DNA of 64,000 nt from Trichoplax adhaerens (GCF_000150275.1 NW_002060945.1:2627172-2691171); one strand, 5' to 3'. Positions 25,772 to 36,495 are shown, numbered from the stretch's first letter. Made by a program: numbers and translations. The notes: generated by a model from the sequence alone, not told the origin.

Positions 25772-28700
25772 TCAGGCTTCAGAATTGATGCAATTAAGAT
25801 GTTTCGCCAATGCTCGTTTTAGTTTATCTAAGTAATAAATATCTACTGATCTTGTTTTCGCTTTATATTCATGTAATGTTTCCATAATTTTAAATTCATC
25901 ATCCTCTGTTAGTAAATCACCTTCATTATTTCGCTTGTACGGAAATATATATCTTTTATCTTTGATTAATTCGTTATACTCGTGTATAACTTGTAATGCG
26001 GAGAATTCTTCAGCAAAAATATCCTTCTGAACCAAGACTTCATTCATTGTATTAAAATACTTTCGACATATAATATGAGCATCGAGACTCTTCATCAAGA
26101 AGTGATATTGTTTTTCTTGTTTATCGCCGTACCATATAGCAATACAATTTTGTTTCTTCGTTACATCGTATGCTAATCTTTCGTAATAACTATCTGATGT
26201 TATAACATCTCCAATATAATATAATTCTAATATAGATCGCGCCATTTTTCCATGTGCTGTAGGAAATTGATTAAATAACTCCGTTGCATCTGTACCCAAT
26301 ACGAATTTTAACATTTCGTCGCCTCCTGGATGAAGATCAATATATTCACCGATATCGTATACACGACGGTCTATAACAATCCAACAACCGTTACGTCCTC
26401 CATTATGAGTAACAATATCGTATATCGATATATTCATTTTACAATCGTTTGTTATAGGCTTATATACTTCGATTTTAATTCGATCAGTTGTTAACATTCT
26501 AATTAATTCTTTAATACCTATAGCCGATTTGAATATTCTAATCATATCTCTATACAAAGTTGTAGGACCGCATATATAGATCAATGCATCTTCTTTACAT
26601 AATTCGATTAATTTATTTTGACCTTCGCTCGATGAAAAGTAACTCGTAACTCGACCGTTGTAAATATACGAATATTGCGATCCTTTCCACTTTTGTATAT
26701 TATCAGCTGATAGACATAGCTTCGTATAATTTACTGTGTCTGGAGCATCTTCTATAGTTCTACAACCAAAGTATAACAACATACGACGATTTTCATTCAT
26801 CTTCTTATTACGATCGATAAACGATTGATATGGAGCTATACCCGAACCTATACCAATCATCACAATTGGTTTAGAACTATCTTGCGGAAGTCGGAAAGAA
26901 GAATTAATAGGGAATACATCAATTACTTGATGTTGATCGAATAGATTATCGATAGGCGCAAGTATCGGCGATACTTTACCGTTATCGATACGTTCGACAA
27001 GTAATTTAATATTATCGTTATCGAACGAGGCGATGTTATACGTACGTGGCAGTTGCGGAGGAACTATAGATGGAGAGCCATGAGGTTTATTATTTGTAAA
27101 ATCGGCGTATTTAATAAATATTTCTTTAGATACTTTTCCGTTAGATATTCCAAAATGATTATGTACGAATTTTATCCACTCTTTTTCAGTAGTATCTTTA
27201 GTATGAATATCTAATACAAAATATTGGGGCGCACTGTCATAATTTGTAATAGTATTCGGTATAAGTACACCAAGTTTATCACCCTCTTGATACGAAAATT
27301 TCTTATCGTAAATAGAAATGGTTACATATTGTAGAGTATTGCGCTGATTGAGATTAGCAGGAGTAGAATGAATCGTTGCACTAAATAATCGGTTAGTAAA
27401 TTGGCGATCATCGATTGATTCGTTAAATTCTGTATTAAGTTGTATATGAGCGCTCTTCGATTCTGTCTCTTGGTTAGTTACAGTAACAGTTCTATCTAGC
27501 TGAGTTACAAGAGATAAAACTCCTAATGCCTTGTTACGATGTATATCCAACATTCTATGATAAGAACGTTCAAATAAATCAAAAGTCTTATTTAATTGTG
27601 AATCGTTCAATGCTTTTATAAACTGTTTAGGACTTCCAGTTTTCTCAAATCCTAATTTAAACGCTGTTAAAAATTGCCTATAAGATTTAGGTATTAGCCT
27701 ATATCCATTACTGAACATTTTTCCAATGAGAGACTTACGTATTCGATCAATAATTATATCGAAAACAGCGAAAATGGGATCAAATAACCCGCTAGTAGAA
27801 TTTCCAATTAAGCTATTTTCTTCCGCTATAGCGAATAATTCTTCATCTTTAGCAGTGTACCAATCCAGGTTCGCTTCAGTTAAAAGATGAGATGTTTTCT
27901 CCTTTGATGGATCTAAAAGACAATTTGGAGCTATAGGTCCAGTTTGACCTATATGTCTCCAGTGTGAAGGAATAATACTTATTTCAGCATAAGAATTAAA
28001 TTTTGGCTCCGATAGTGTTTCGGATCCTCGGTTAGCTATTTCTATTAATTTGTTAAGATGGATTATAATTTCATCTTTATCGCCATTGTACATTGCAGAT
28101 TGAAGATCTAATGCTGCATCGACGATATCATAGCATGCGTATCTAAGAGATGCAAGTGAGTATCCATGAAATGAAATTTCTGTACATGAACCTAAATCTT
28201 CGACATTAAAGAATGGAAATCTCATTTTTAAATTATTAAATGAGAATCCTTCTTCGGGCCTTTTTAAATCAATATTATCTATATTTTGAGTATCATTTGT
28301 ATTTGAAGGAATTCGATCTAATATTCTACAACAATGTACCCAAGATTTTTGTAGATTATCCGGTAATTTAGGAATATCAAATCCATTAACCTTTCCATAG
28401 TAATTCCAATAAATTAAGGCTATATTAACAGCGGCTGAATGTAGAATAGTAATTATACTCTTAGGTAAACTTTCGATTTCGTCACCAATATTAGGTAACT
28501 GGCGTACCTTTTCTCGGAAACGCGGTGAATAACTATTGGGAAGGTTTTTTGCAAATAGAAACAACGCTCTACATTTATCAGGTAATTGATCAGGATGTGG
28601 ATCAGTAATTAATTTAGGCGGATAAAATCCATGATAATATACATGACCTTCTGGTCTTGTTTCGGGATTTTGATCCCACATTTCTAGTAATTCTCTGGCA

Positions 28701-29056
28701 GGACTTGTTCTTGGGCTATGTTGATCATCGTTGCTAGATAAAATAGATTGTAATCGATGTCTATTGATAAGTAACCGAGAATTAATTGAATGTTGTAATT
28801 CTTGAGTATAAGCTTGTGCTTGAGTTTGATTTTTTGCTGTGTAGAATTGTGATTTACCTACTCTTATTAATACTTGTTGAGTTGATAATGCCTTGATTTG
28901 TTGACCGCATAATTTAGTGATAGCAGAGTGTAATTGATTTCTATTCGAGTTTTGTGTAATGAGATAAATTTTGACTTTATTTCGATGTGAATCAAGGCTT
29001 TGTTGTACTGCTTTACTTCCAATAGCCTGAGCAATGGTTCCTAATGTCTGTTCCAT
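25772..29056 (-). CDS. Uninterrupted ~1094-aa fusion: IDO/PrnB-like heme oxygenase domain + FNR-type FAD/NAD(P)H reductase + cytochrome b5 heme-binding domain + C-terminal helical region
   Basis: ORF track 25772-29089 starts at TTG; the first ATG is at 29056 (MEQTLG). Numbering follows the ORF track. IDO-like motifs: HGFYPP (~153), LPDNLQKSW..CRILDRIP, SGLFDPIFAVFDIII, IPKSYRQFL, LDIH517RNKALG (candidate proximal His). FNR motifs: R682TYNIAS, GKVS, G746IGSGIAPY, FGCR, YICG. b5 motifs: WIVIDRRVYDI..H920PGG..GTDATELF..AH946..L.LYYIG. Candidate polyA signal at 25578-25583 (- strand). Confidence 0.85.
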   Translation of the reverse strand: MEQTLGTIAQAIGSKAVQQSLDSHRNKVKIYLITQNSNRNQLHSAITKLCGQQIKALSTQQVLIRVGKSQFYTAKNQTQAQAYTQELQHSINSRLLINRHRLQSILSSNDDQHSPRTSPARELLEMWDQNPETRPEGHVYYHGFYPPKLITDPHPDQLPDKCRALFLFAKNLPNSYSPRFREKVRQLPNIGDEIESLPKSIITILHSAAVNIALIYWNYYGKVNGFDIPKLPDNLQKSWVHCCRILDRIPSNTNDTQNIDNIDLKRPEEGFSFNNLKMRFPFFNVEDLGSCTEISFHGYSLASLRYACYDIVDAALDLQSAMYNGDKDEIIIHLNKLIEIANRGSETLSEPKFNSYAEISIIPSHWRHIGQTGPIAPNCLLDPSKEKTSHLLTEANLDWYTAKDEELFAIAEENSLIGNSTSGLFDPIFAVFDIIIDRIRKSLIGKMFSNGYRLIPKSYRQFLTAFKLGFEKTGSPKQFIKALNDSQLNKTFDLFERSYHRMLDIHRNKALGVLSLVTQLDRTVTVTNQETESKSAHIQLNTEFNESIDDRQFTNRLFSATIHSTPANLNQRNTLQYVTISIYDKKFSYQEGDKLGVLIPNTITNYDSAPQYFVLDIHTKDTTEKEWIKFVHNHFGISNGKVSKEIFIKYADFTNNKPHGSPSIVPPQLPRTYNIASFDNDNIKLLVERIDNGKVSPILAPIDNLFDQHQVIDVFPINSSFRLPQDSSKPIVMIGIGSGIAPYQSFIDRNKKMNENRRMLLYFGCRTIEDAPDTVNYTKLCLSADNIQKWKGSQYSYIYNGRVTSYFSSSEGQNKLIELCKEDALIYICGPTTLYRDMIRIFKSAIGIKELIRMLTTDRIKIEVYKPITNDCKMNISIYDIVTHNGGRNGCWIVIDRRVYDIGEYIDLHPGGDEMLKFVLGTDATELFNQFPTAHGKMARSILELYYIGDVITSDSYYERLAYDVTKKQNCIAIWYGDKQEKQYHFLMKSLDAHIICRKYFNTMNEVLVQKDIFAEEFSALQVIHEYNELIKDKRYIFPYKRNNEGDLLTEDDEFKIMETLHEYKAKTRSVDIYYLDKLKRALAKHLNCINSEA

Positions 29057-29854
29057 GATGGAAATTTCTTCCGCTTTGGCAGTCTCCAATGATGTTGATG
29101 AATACTTTGAATTAGTAGTTAAAAAGGTTTCAAGATTGATTTCTCTATCTACAGAATACTTTACGGTTTACAGTAAGTTTTGAAAATATCAATGATTCAT
29201 TATTCCAGTACGGTATATTTCAAAACTTTTGAATATATATATAATAATATTAGTTGACTATCTATCAAATGTGCTTCAAGTTACTTTATTCAAATTAGAC
29301 TATAGTATGTTCATTAAGCATGTTTATTTTGAAAGATTTAAATGTGTCAAGAGTTGTGAAATTTTCTTAGTATAGTGTAGCAAACCCTTGATGTCTGCTA
29401 GTAGTAAACGTATACAATCGCCATACGAAACAAAATTGTATGGTACAGCGGGAGTCGTACTTGCAAAAGCGAATAACCTACAACTCTTTCATCTACCACT
29501 GACTAATAGTTTGTATTCGAAATTTCAAAGAAATCAAGTTACTCAATACTGCAATAAAAACATCAACAGCCAATTGCTCAACGTTGTACTGATCTGTCTG
29601 CGTGTTATTGGAGCTCAATTTAAAGTTGATGGGATGAAACGGGGTACCCGGGGAACTAATTTGCCAAGAGTTGCAATTAGACCTGAGAAATACGGTGGCT
29701 CACAATGTGCATCCTGGCCTAGGATGGGACGGACGATCGTTTGACCGCCTGAAAAGTGGCGCAGGTGCAGTTACGAGCATCGCAGCAGAGTCACATGACA
29801 GCTGTGTCATGGTTATTCGTTAAGTAAGTAAAAATGGCCGACCCTCCCGACACT

Positions 29855-30065
29855 GGTTTAGAACTTCAAGTCTGATTAGGCAGCTACTGTACGAGTGCCG
29901 GACTGATCATTGGTTTACTATATCTATTCCTGAAAAATTCTTCCTAGTAGAAGCTTGAATGCTGTGCGAGTACTTGTGTAGTGCATCTCTTCTTCTACGA
30001 AGAGGTTTTCAGGAACAGTAAACGACTGATCAGTCCGCCACCAATCCGAGCTGAAGTTCTAAACC
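29855..30065. repeat. Long imperfect inverted repeat / foldback (~210 nt)
   Basis: Nested perfect arms: 29855-29868/30052-30065 (14 bp), 29899-29909/30027-30037 (11 bp), 29913-29919/30017-30023, 29927-29936/30006-30015 (10 bp), 29947-29953/29992-29998. Confidence 0.8.
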
Positions 30066-30227
30066 CAAAGCATGGAACTGCATGGTAGTGAAAGCAGTAC
30101 AGTGTACGGTTTGAAATGGACACACCAGTTAAAATGACCAGAGAAATAGTCAGCCTCCATATTTTCGGCTAAAGAAAATCGTGGATGGTCCTTCTGTCAT
30201 TCTTTCTGTAGCACACACACGTGACAG

Positions 30228-30482
30228 GACTGTACAGTGTACAGTGTACACTCAGTACAGTACAGGAATGCGAGTGTACGTGTACAGTACTACTGTACTG
30301 TACTATCCGGTACCATTTTTACAGTACTGTACACTGTACAGTACAAGGGACTACTGTGAAAGAGTACAGTACTATACAGTTTACACTGTACTGTACTGAA
30401 CACTACTGGAACTACTATACTGTACACTGTACAGTATAGCTATCGCTACATTTACTGACCTATCCCTAGTTAATACAGTATA
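30228..30482. repeat. Cluster of (ACAGT/ACTGT)-based palindromic simple repeats upstream of RPL10A
   Basis: Dense tacagtac/gtactgta/tgtacactgtacagt words across ~250 bp. Confidence 0.85.
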
Positions 30483-30578
30483 ATAAAAGGTCCAATCCAC
30501 GCGTGCGTATTTCACTCCCTTCGATACTGAGTCATTGACTTTCGGCAAGGTACTTGACTTGCTGTACCACGACTGTCG

Positions 30579-30596
30579 TTCCCTTCTTTCTTCTCC
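30579..30596 (+). promoter_or_regulatory. Polypyrimidine (5'TOP/TCT-like) tract at the probable RPL10A transcription start
   Basis: ttcccttctttcttctcc lies ~25-45 nt upstream of the ATG of a ribosomal protein gene, the usual arrangement in metazoans. Confidence 0.6.
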
Positions 30597-30621
30597 GTCG
30601 TTTTGGCGACCGTGTGGCAAC

Positions 30622-32458
30622 ATGAGGTAAGAAATCTTTCCTTCATCTCCTTCATCCTAATGAAATTAAATAGTTTAAGCCTAATTTTGAAGCAATTATT
30701 GGTTCATCTTGGCTTAAAATCCATTTTTTCTGTCATCAGATCGATTTAAGTTGATTTTGGATGTGATTGTAGTTGGCATTGCTGCATTCCATTAAGGGTG
30801 TTAGACTGCTAGCTCATATATTACTATACTGTACAGTAGATCATGGGTTTCTTGATCCAATAGCTGGGTAGATGGATCAATTTTTTCACTTACTCTTGCA
30901 AGTTACAACATGTTGTTATCCATAAGATAGACATCAACTGCAGAATAAACTTATCTATGTGTCCTATTTTTCTTGACTAATGTTCTATTGGCCTTGATGT
31001 TTCCTGTAGTAAAATTTCGCGCGATACGTTGTACGACTGTGTTCGTGATGTCCTTCAGGGCTCACAAGATAAGAAAAGAAATTTCTTGGAAACGGTGGAA
31101 TTACAAGTTGCCTTGAAGAACTACGATCCACAAAAGGACAAGCGTTTTAGCGGTACTGTCAAGTATGTATCGTAAATTACTTAACAGTTGTTGATCGCCT
31201 CGATCTTGCACAAAATAACGGTACAAGTCGATCATCGTGACCAATCAAATTGGTCATACGTTACTTGACTATCATCCTATCGATCAGTTTTTGTTTTTTA
31301 TCCATGCGTTCCATGTTGTATATTCGAGTATAGCCTATGGAATCCTTCTGGTCCAATATCGATTAGTTTATGAACACAAGAGCAGTTTGATGAGGACAGT
31401 GCTTAAACTAGAAACTAAAATAATAGTCTTGATATATACATGTAGAGTAGCAGCATGTGATGTCACTTGCAATTTAATACTCGTCAATCTTTATCCTAAG
31501 TGAATGTACTCGAATGGAAGACATTTCCACGTTGTCATTGTAATTTAAGTTGAAGCCATGAAATCCTAGTAGTTTGTCCAGTTTTCTGCGACCAATCTAT
31601 ATAGATAAACTACAGGCTACGATAATCCGTTGTCGAACAGAATCGATGATTGTATTGAACACAATAAACGCAATACATTTGATACTTCCTATCAATCATG
31701 ATGGTTGGCATTACTCGTCTGTCTTTGCAAATCTTAGTCTCAATCTTGAAGGAGTTAGGAATTGACGCCATCATGGTTTACGATCCATGTGTGCTATAAT
31801 TGTGCAAGGCATAATTAGATTCTTAATTTCGTCAGAGAAACATGTATTACTGTACAGTACTTTTATTCTTTCTAAAGGCAGTATTCTTACGTAAATGTGG
31901 CAAAGCTCATTTTTCAATTTTAAGAATCATCGATCTGATGCAATGTTACCTTTAATCTTCTTTAGATTGAGACATACGCCTCGGCCAAATCAAAAAGTAT
32001 GTGTCTTTGGCGATGCTCACCATTGTGATGAAGCTAAGTCAAATAATGTACCATCGATGGATGTCGACGCTTTGAAAAAATTGAATAAGAACAGAAAATT
32101 GATTAAAAAATTGGCTAAAAAATACGATGCATTTATTGCTTCTGAGAGTTTAATCAAACAAATACCTCGTATCATGGGACCTCAATTAAACAAGATTGGT
32201 AAATTTCCTACCATGTTGACTCACAACGATAACATGAATGCCAAGATTGAAGATGTCAAATGTACTATCAAGTTCCAAATGAAAAAAGTGTTATGTCTTG
32301 GTGTTGCCATTGGTAATGTTAGTATGTCGGAAGATGAATTGGCTGCCAATATCCATTTAGCCGTTAACTTTTTGGTATCATTATTGAAGAAAAATTGGCA
32401 AAACGTTCGCGCATTGTATATTAAAAGTTCGATGGGTAAATCCTATCGCTTATATTAG
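30622..32458 (+). CDS. RPL10A: 60S ribosomal protein L10a (uL1)
   Basis: Exons 30622-30626 (ATG AG), 31010-31162 ([39 protein letters not shown]), 31966-32458 ([39 protein letters not shown]). AATAAA at 32578. Confidence 0.98.
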
Positions 32459-33477
32459 ATGGGTAGCTAATCCTTTTGCACTGTGTACTGCAGTATGCAA
32501 TGCGTATCTCTCTACCTTGATTGAAACATCGTCATTGTTGGAAATATATATGTACAGGCAGTGAGACTAAGCACTAAAATAAAAGAATTTTATGGTAATC
32601 TAGGGTGCATTTTCCTGTGATTGTTAGATCCTGTAGTAGAGTTTCTCTAGCGTGGGATTTACTCGTCTACGTATAGGGTAGCATACAACTTGTTACGTAT
32701 TAGTATTCTAGTGTAAAGCTGCTACCGTTAAAATTGATTGCTAAGTTGATTAAAGCGCTGGTGTACCATGCAGCAATTAGGTCAAGACGCTTCAAATTTT
32801 CATCATTTAAACATTGACTGCATGTTGATGATATAGCAAATCGGCGATAGGTGTCAAGCTTAGCTATCAATACTAATATATCATATACTGTCACTTTCAT
32901 AGCTATTCGAATAGAATTAAGAAAGTTACTTACAGTATAAAAGTTTTCCAACAGTAATACTGTTGTGCATAATCAGTTACTATCTTGATCCGTTTATAGT
33001 TGAAAAAGTGAATCTTAATTCATTTGATGTGGCGTTAAAGGTGCATACCGCCCTTTCTGTTTGTAGTATAAATGACGGTGCAGGCCGCATGATAGTTTAC
33101 TAGCAAACAATTTCATCAAATATCATGATAACTTACGATCAGGACAAATTACGTATGATTAAATACTATAAATTTTAACGATTAAGTTTATTATGATCGA
33201 TTCTTGCTGCTGAGTATTTCTACAGTAAATATATGGTGCGAACAAGTTGTTATATTGACGTAGCAGTCGAGAGTTGGAGCAAATGCAATAGGAATTCTTC
33301 GTGCATTGGTAATATCTCTGTTAATACGAATGTGTAGGTGCAAAAATAGCAATTGTTGGTTACTAGCATTAGTAAAAAGTAAGGATAGATAAGGTATAAA
33401 TACTCACGGCTCTGATGAGCTGTGAACCCGTGATTTAATATCGGTTGAAATTTGCTTGATATTGAATACTTTGCAAA

Positions 33478-35732
33478 ATGTTTTCCATTCTAAGTATTAG
33501 TAGATTCGTAGCGCTACTATCTTGCACAAATTTACTATATGGCCTAATTCCTTTAGTCATCTTGCAGCAAGCTATAGGCGATGATTCTTGCTATGATAAA
33601 GAAACCTTAGGACGAAATTACAATGGCAACGTCAATTTTACCAAGACTGGAGCTAGATGTCAATCTTGGAGTCAAGTTTCCTACTACAACTTCGATCACA
33701 ACTATTGTCGAAATCCTGATCTCAAGGATGGAGGACCTTGGTGTTATTATAGCAATGCTATCAGCAGGTATAATAACAGTTGGGATTATTGCCCAATTCC
33801 TCCTTGTAAATGGAAAGGTTAGCGCTATTCCTCCACAAGGTTTTATTTCTTTACCGAAGTAGAACGCTGTGTTTATGTGGTATATAATGATTTGTTATAG
33901 GTTGCTAACGCAGTAAAATATGTAATGTCTTTTATAGATATTGATCGATGCAGTAATAGTAACGGCGGTTGCAGTCATATTTGTCTAACCACACAAAGTT
34001 CCTACTACTGCAGCTGCCCAAAGGGGTTAAGATTGGCTAGCGATGATAAGCAATGTGAAGACATCAATGAATGCGATTATGATGATGTTTGTGAATTTCT
34101 ATGCCTAAATACTTATGGATCTTATAAGTGCAGCTGTCCCAAAGGATACTCGATAAATGCTAACCAATGCCTTGATATAGATGAATGCAAATCTGATCGT
34201 AATATTTGCAGTCACAATTGTCATAATATACATGGATCATTTCTGTGTTATTGTCCTAGCAACTTAACACTCGGTAGCGACAAAAGAACTTGCATTAATC
34301 AGACTCAGATAGGTAAAATAAAATTGCTTATAATTTGATAGTTTTTATGAGCAGCTATTATCCTTGTTTTATGATTATTTATAATAGCATTTTAAAGCCT
34401 TATTTACCTATATTTCTAACAAATGAATTTCTCTTTTGATTAAATCAATACGTATTGCCTTATTTTTAAATTTAATAACTTCTAGCCAATTTTAAACCCA
34501 AGCTAAGAATTGAATGCAACCATGACTATATCAAGGTAGTAATTCCACGGTCATCATTGCCCGATATCGATAGACGAGACATCCAGCTTATAGATCCTTC
34601 ATGCTCTCCAACCCTCAACGGGACTCATTTCCTAATCACGATTCAGCCTTTACACAGCTGTGGCACAATAATTAAACATTATTCCAATTCTATCATTTAC
34701 AAGAATCGACTTCGAAATCGACCTGATCACCCATCTGGTCTCATCACTCGGAAAAAAATATTACGGTTAGCTTTCCTATGCTCCTATTCTAATCAAGGTT
34801 GGATAGGAATTGCTTATAATCCTGATAATAAGCCTCTAATATCCCATAATTGGCATAAAGGATATGGCAATTTTTCCTATTTTGCTAAAATTTATCCAAC
34901 AGCAAGATATTTTAATGCGTTCCCGCCTAGTGCGTATCCACTGCCATTGAAATTAAATCAACGAGCATATCTCGAATTTGGTGTACACGCTGGTGATGCG
35001 AATTTGCGAGTAGCTGTCGAGAATTGCTTAGCTACACCTGATACGAATATAAGCGATCCTATTCACTACTGGATTATCAGAAACGGGTAAAATTTTCACT
35101 ATACTCGTAAAGACTAAATACATTTGTAGTACCCTGTATTCAAGCGTACAATCTTAAATATAGTCTCACTGGATCTATTTAGGTGTAATGAAGATAAGAC
35201 TATTAAGAAGCATTATTCAAAAATCTCTAAAACTGTTCGGTTTAGCATCAAGGCATTTTCATTCTTATTTAATCAACCTTTCATATTCATACATTGCCAA
35301 CTTATGGTTTGTCCTCTGCATGATAACCTAAGTCGTTGTGCTCAAGGTTGTCAAAGAACAGTAACTTCCGGAAACCGTATTAGACGGGAACTTGGTCAAG
35401 ATGAAAAAGTTTTCTCTAGTATCGTTTCAGTTGGTCCATTGTTTAAACTTGGTAATTAATACTTACCTATAATATATGAGATAGTATTAGAATCAATGAC
35501 CAGGTAAAAACGATTGACGAATAATTTTGTTCATTCCGTAATAGATCACATTAAATATGAAAATTCTAACGGCTCTGAAAATAAGAACAACGTAGATATC
35601 CTGACAGTTTGGACAGTAGTACTTTTCCTGATTTTACTGTTTGTAATTATGTATAATATTTTTCTTTTCATTCGAAGAAATATCAATAAAAGAATTCTAG
35701 ATACAGGTTATGCGCTAATCAGAAATAGATAA
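33478..35732 (+). CDS. Kringle-EGF/cbEGFx3-ZP domain type I membrane protein (uromodulin/OIT3-like ZP family)
   Basis: Exons 33478-33817 (signal peptide + kringle CQSW..HNYCRNPD..GPWCY..WDYC), 33938-34312 (3 EGF), 34486-35086 + 35183-35451 (ZP-N/ZP-C; C..TP..WII.NGC..D..RFSI.AF.F..IHCQL.VC..CAQGC; furin site RIRR), 35545-35732 (TM VWTVVLFLILLFVIMYNIFLFI, short tail with YALI). Confidence 0.9.
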
Positions 35733-36495
35733 AGCTGGGTAACAAGTTGCGAGATAAATGTTTAACTGTATCTGTATCTGGATTTACTTCCTAGTTACGA
35801 TCATCTACGTCTTGTTTGTGGACGACTATCAAAGATTTATTAAAATGAGCTTTATTTGTTAATTTCTAATTACAATTCAATCGATAACGTAGTCTATGGA
35901 CTCAGTTGATATAATATATCTAGATAAATATGATAAAATAGATAATAATAGAGCAATAATCGATTACAATGTATTTTAATACCTCTTGATATACTCTGTA
36001 ATAATAAATGTAAGTAATATTTTTCATTGAAGTGCGACCATTGTATTTAGGATATCTCGAATGCACAACATTTACCATTATATAATAACTTTACCTTTGA
36101 ATAACATACAACATTATTAGAAAGATATAGCAATAAAAGTCTGAAACTAAATTTTTAGATTGCATGATAATACATTCAAGATTTTTATACTTACAGCACA
36201 ACACTTTGTATAAAATTCACATACAACGTGTCCCGCATTCTCTACTAAAATTTTCATACACTGGAAGAAATATTCACAATTTGTAAAATTTGAATAACTA
36301 AATATCACGGTATTGCTTTAACGAGCTACCACCATTTTAAAATAACTATACAATTATGATACAGTAAATGTTATACCCAGTTAACTAGTTATTAAAATTT
36401 CGACAATACAAATCAGATCCACTAAATTTTTTACACCATCTAGACAATTCTGGAGTAACTTTAATCCAAAGGCGTTACTTCTTTACAATGCCAAT

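Noticed and set aside
25772-29089. Calling the fusion a nitric oxide synthase or cytochrome P450 reductase
   Set aside because: It lacks the NOS oxygenase Cys-heme motif, a calmodulin-binding site and a flavodoxin/FMN domain; only the FNR module is shared.
29388-29744. 118-aa + strand ORF between the oxygenase gene and RPL10A
   Set aside because: No motif or splice support; it lies in a probable promoter/5'UTR region.
30181-30623. Y/T/V/C-rich ORFs upstream of RPL10A (likewise 63550-63944)
   Set aside because: Translations of ACAGT/ACTGT simple repeats.
33405-33480. CTGATGAG...GAAA resembling a hammerhead ribozyme core
   Set aside because: Stem II is out of register, there is no valid NUH cleavage triplet after the potential stem III, and no stem I partner.
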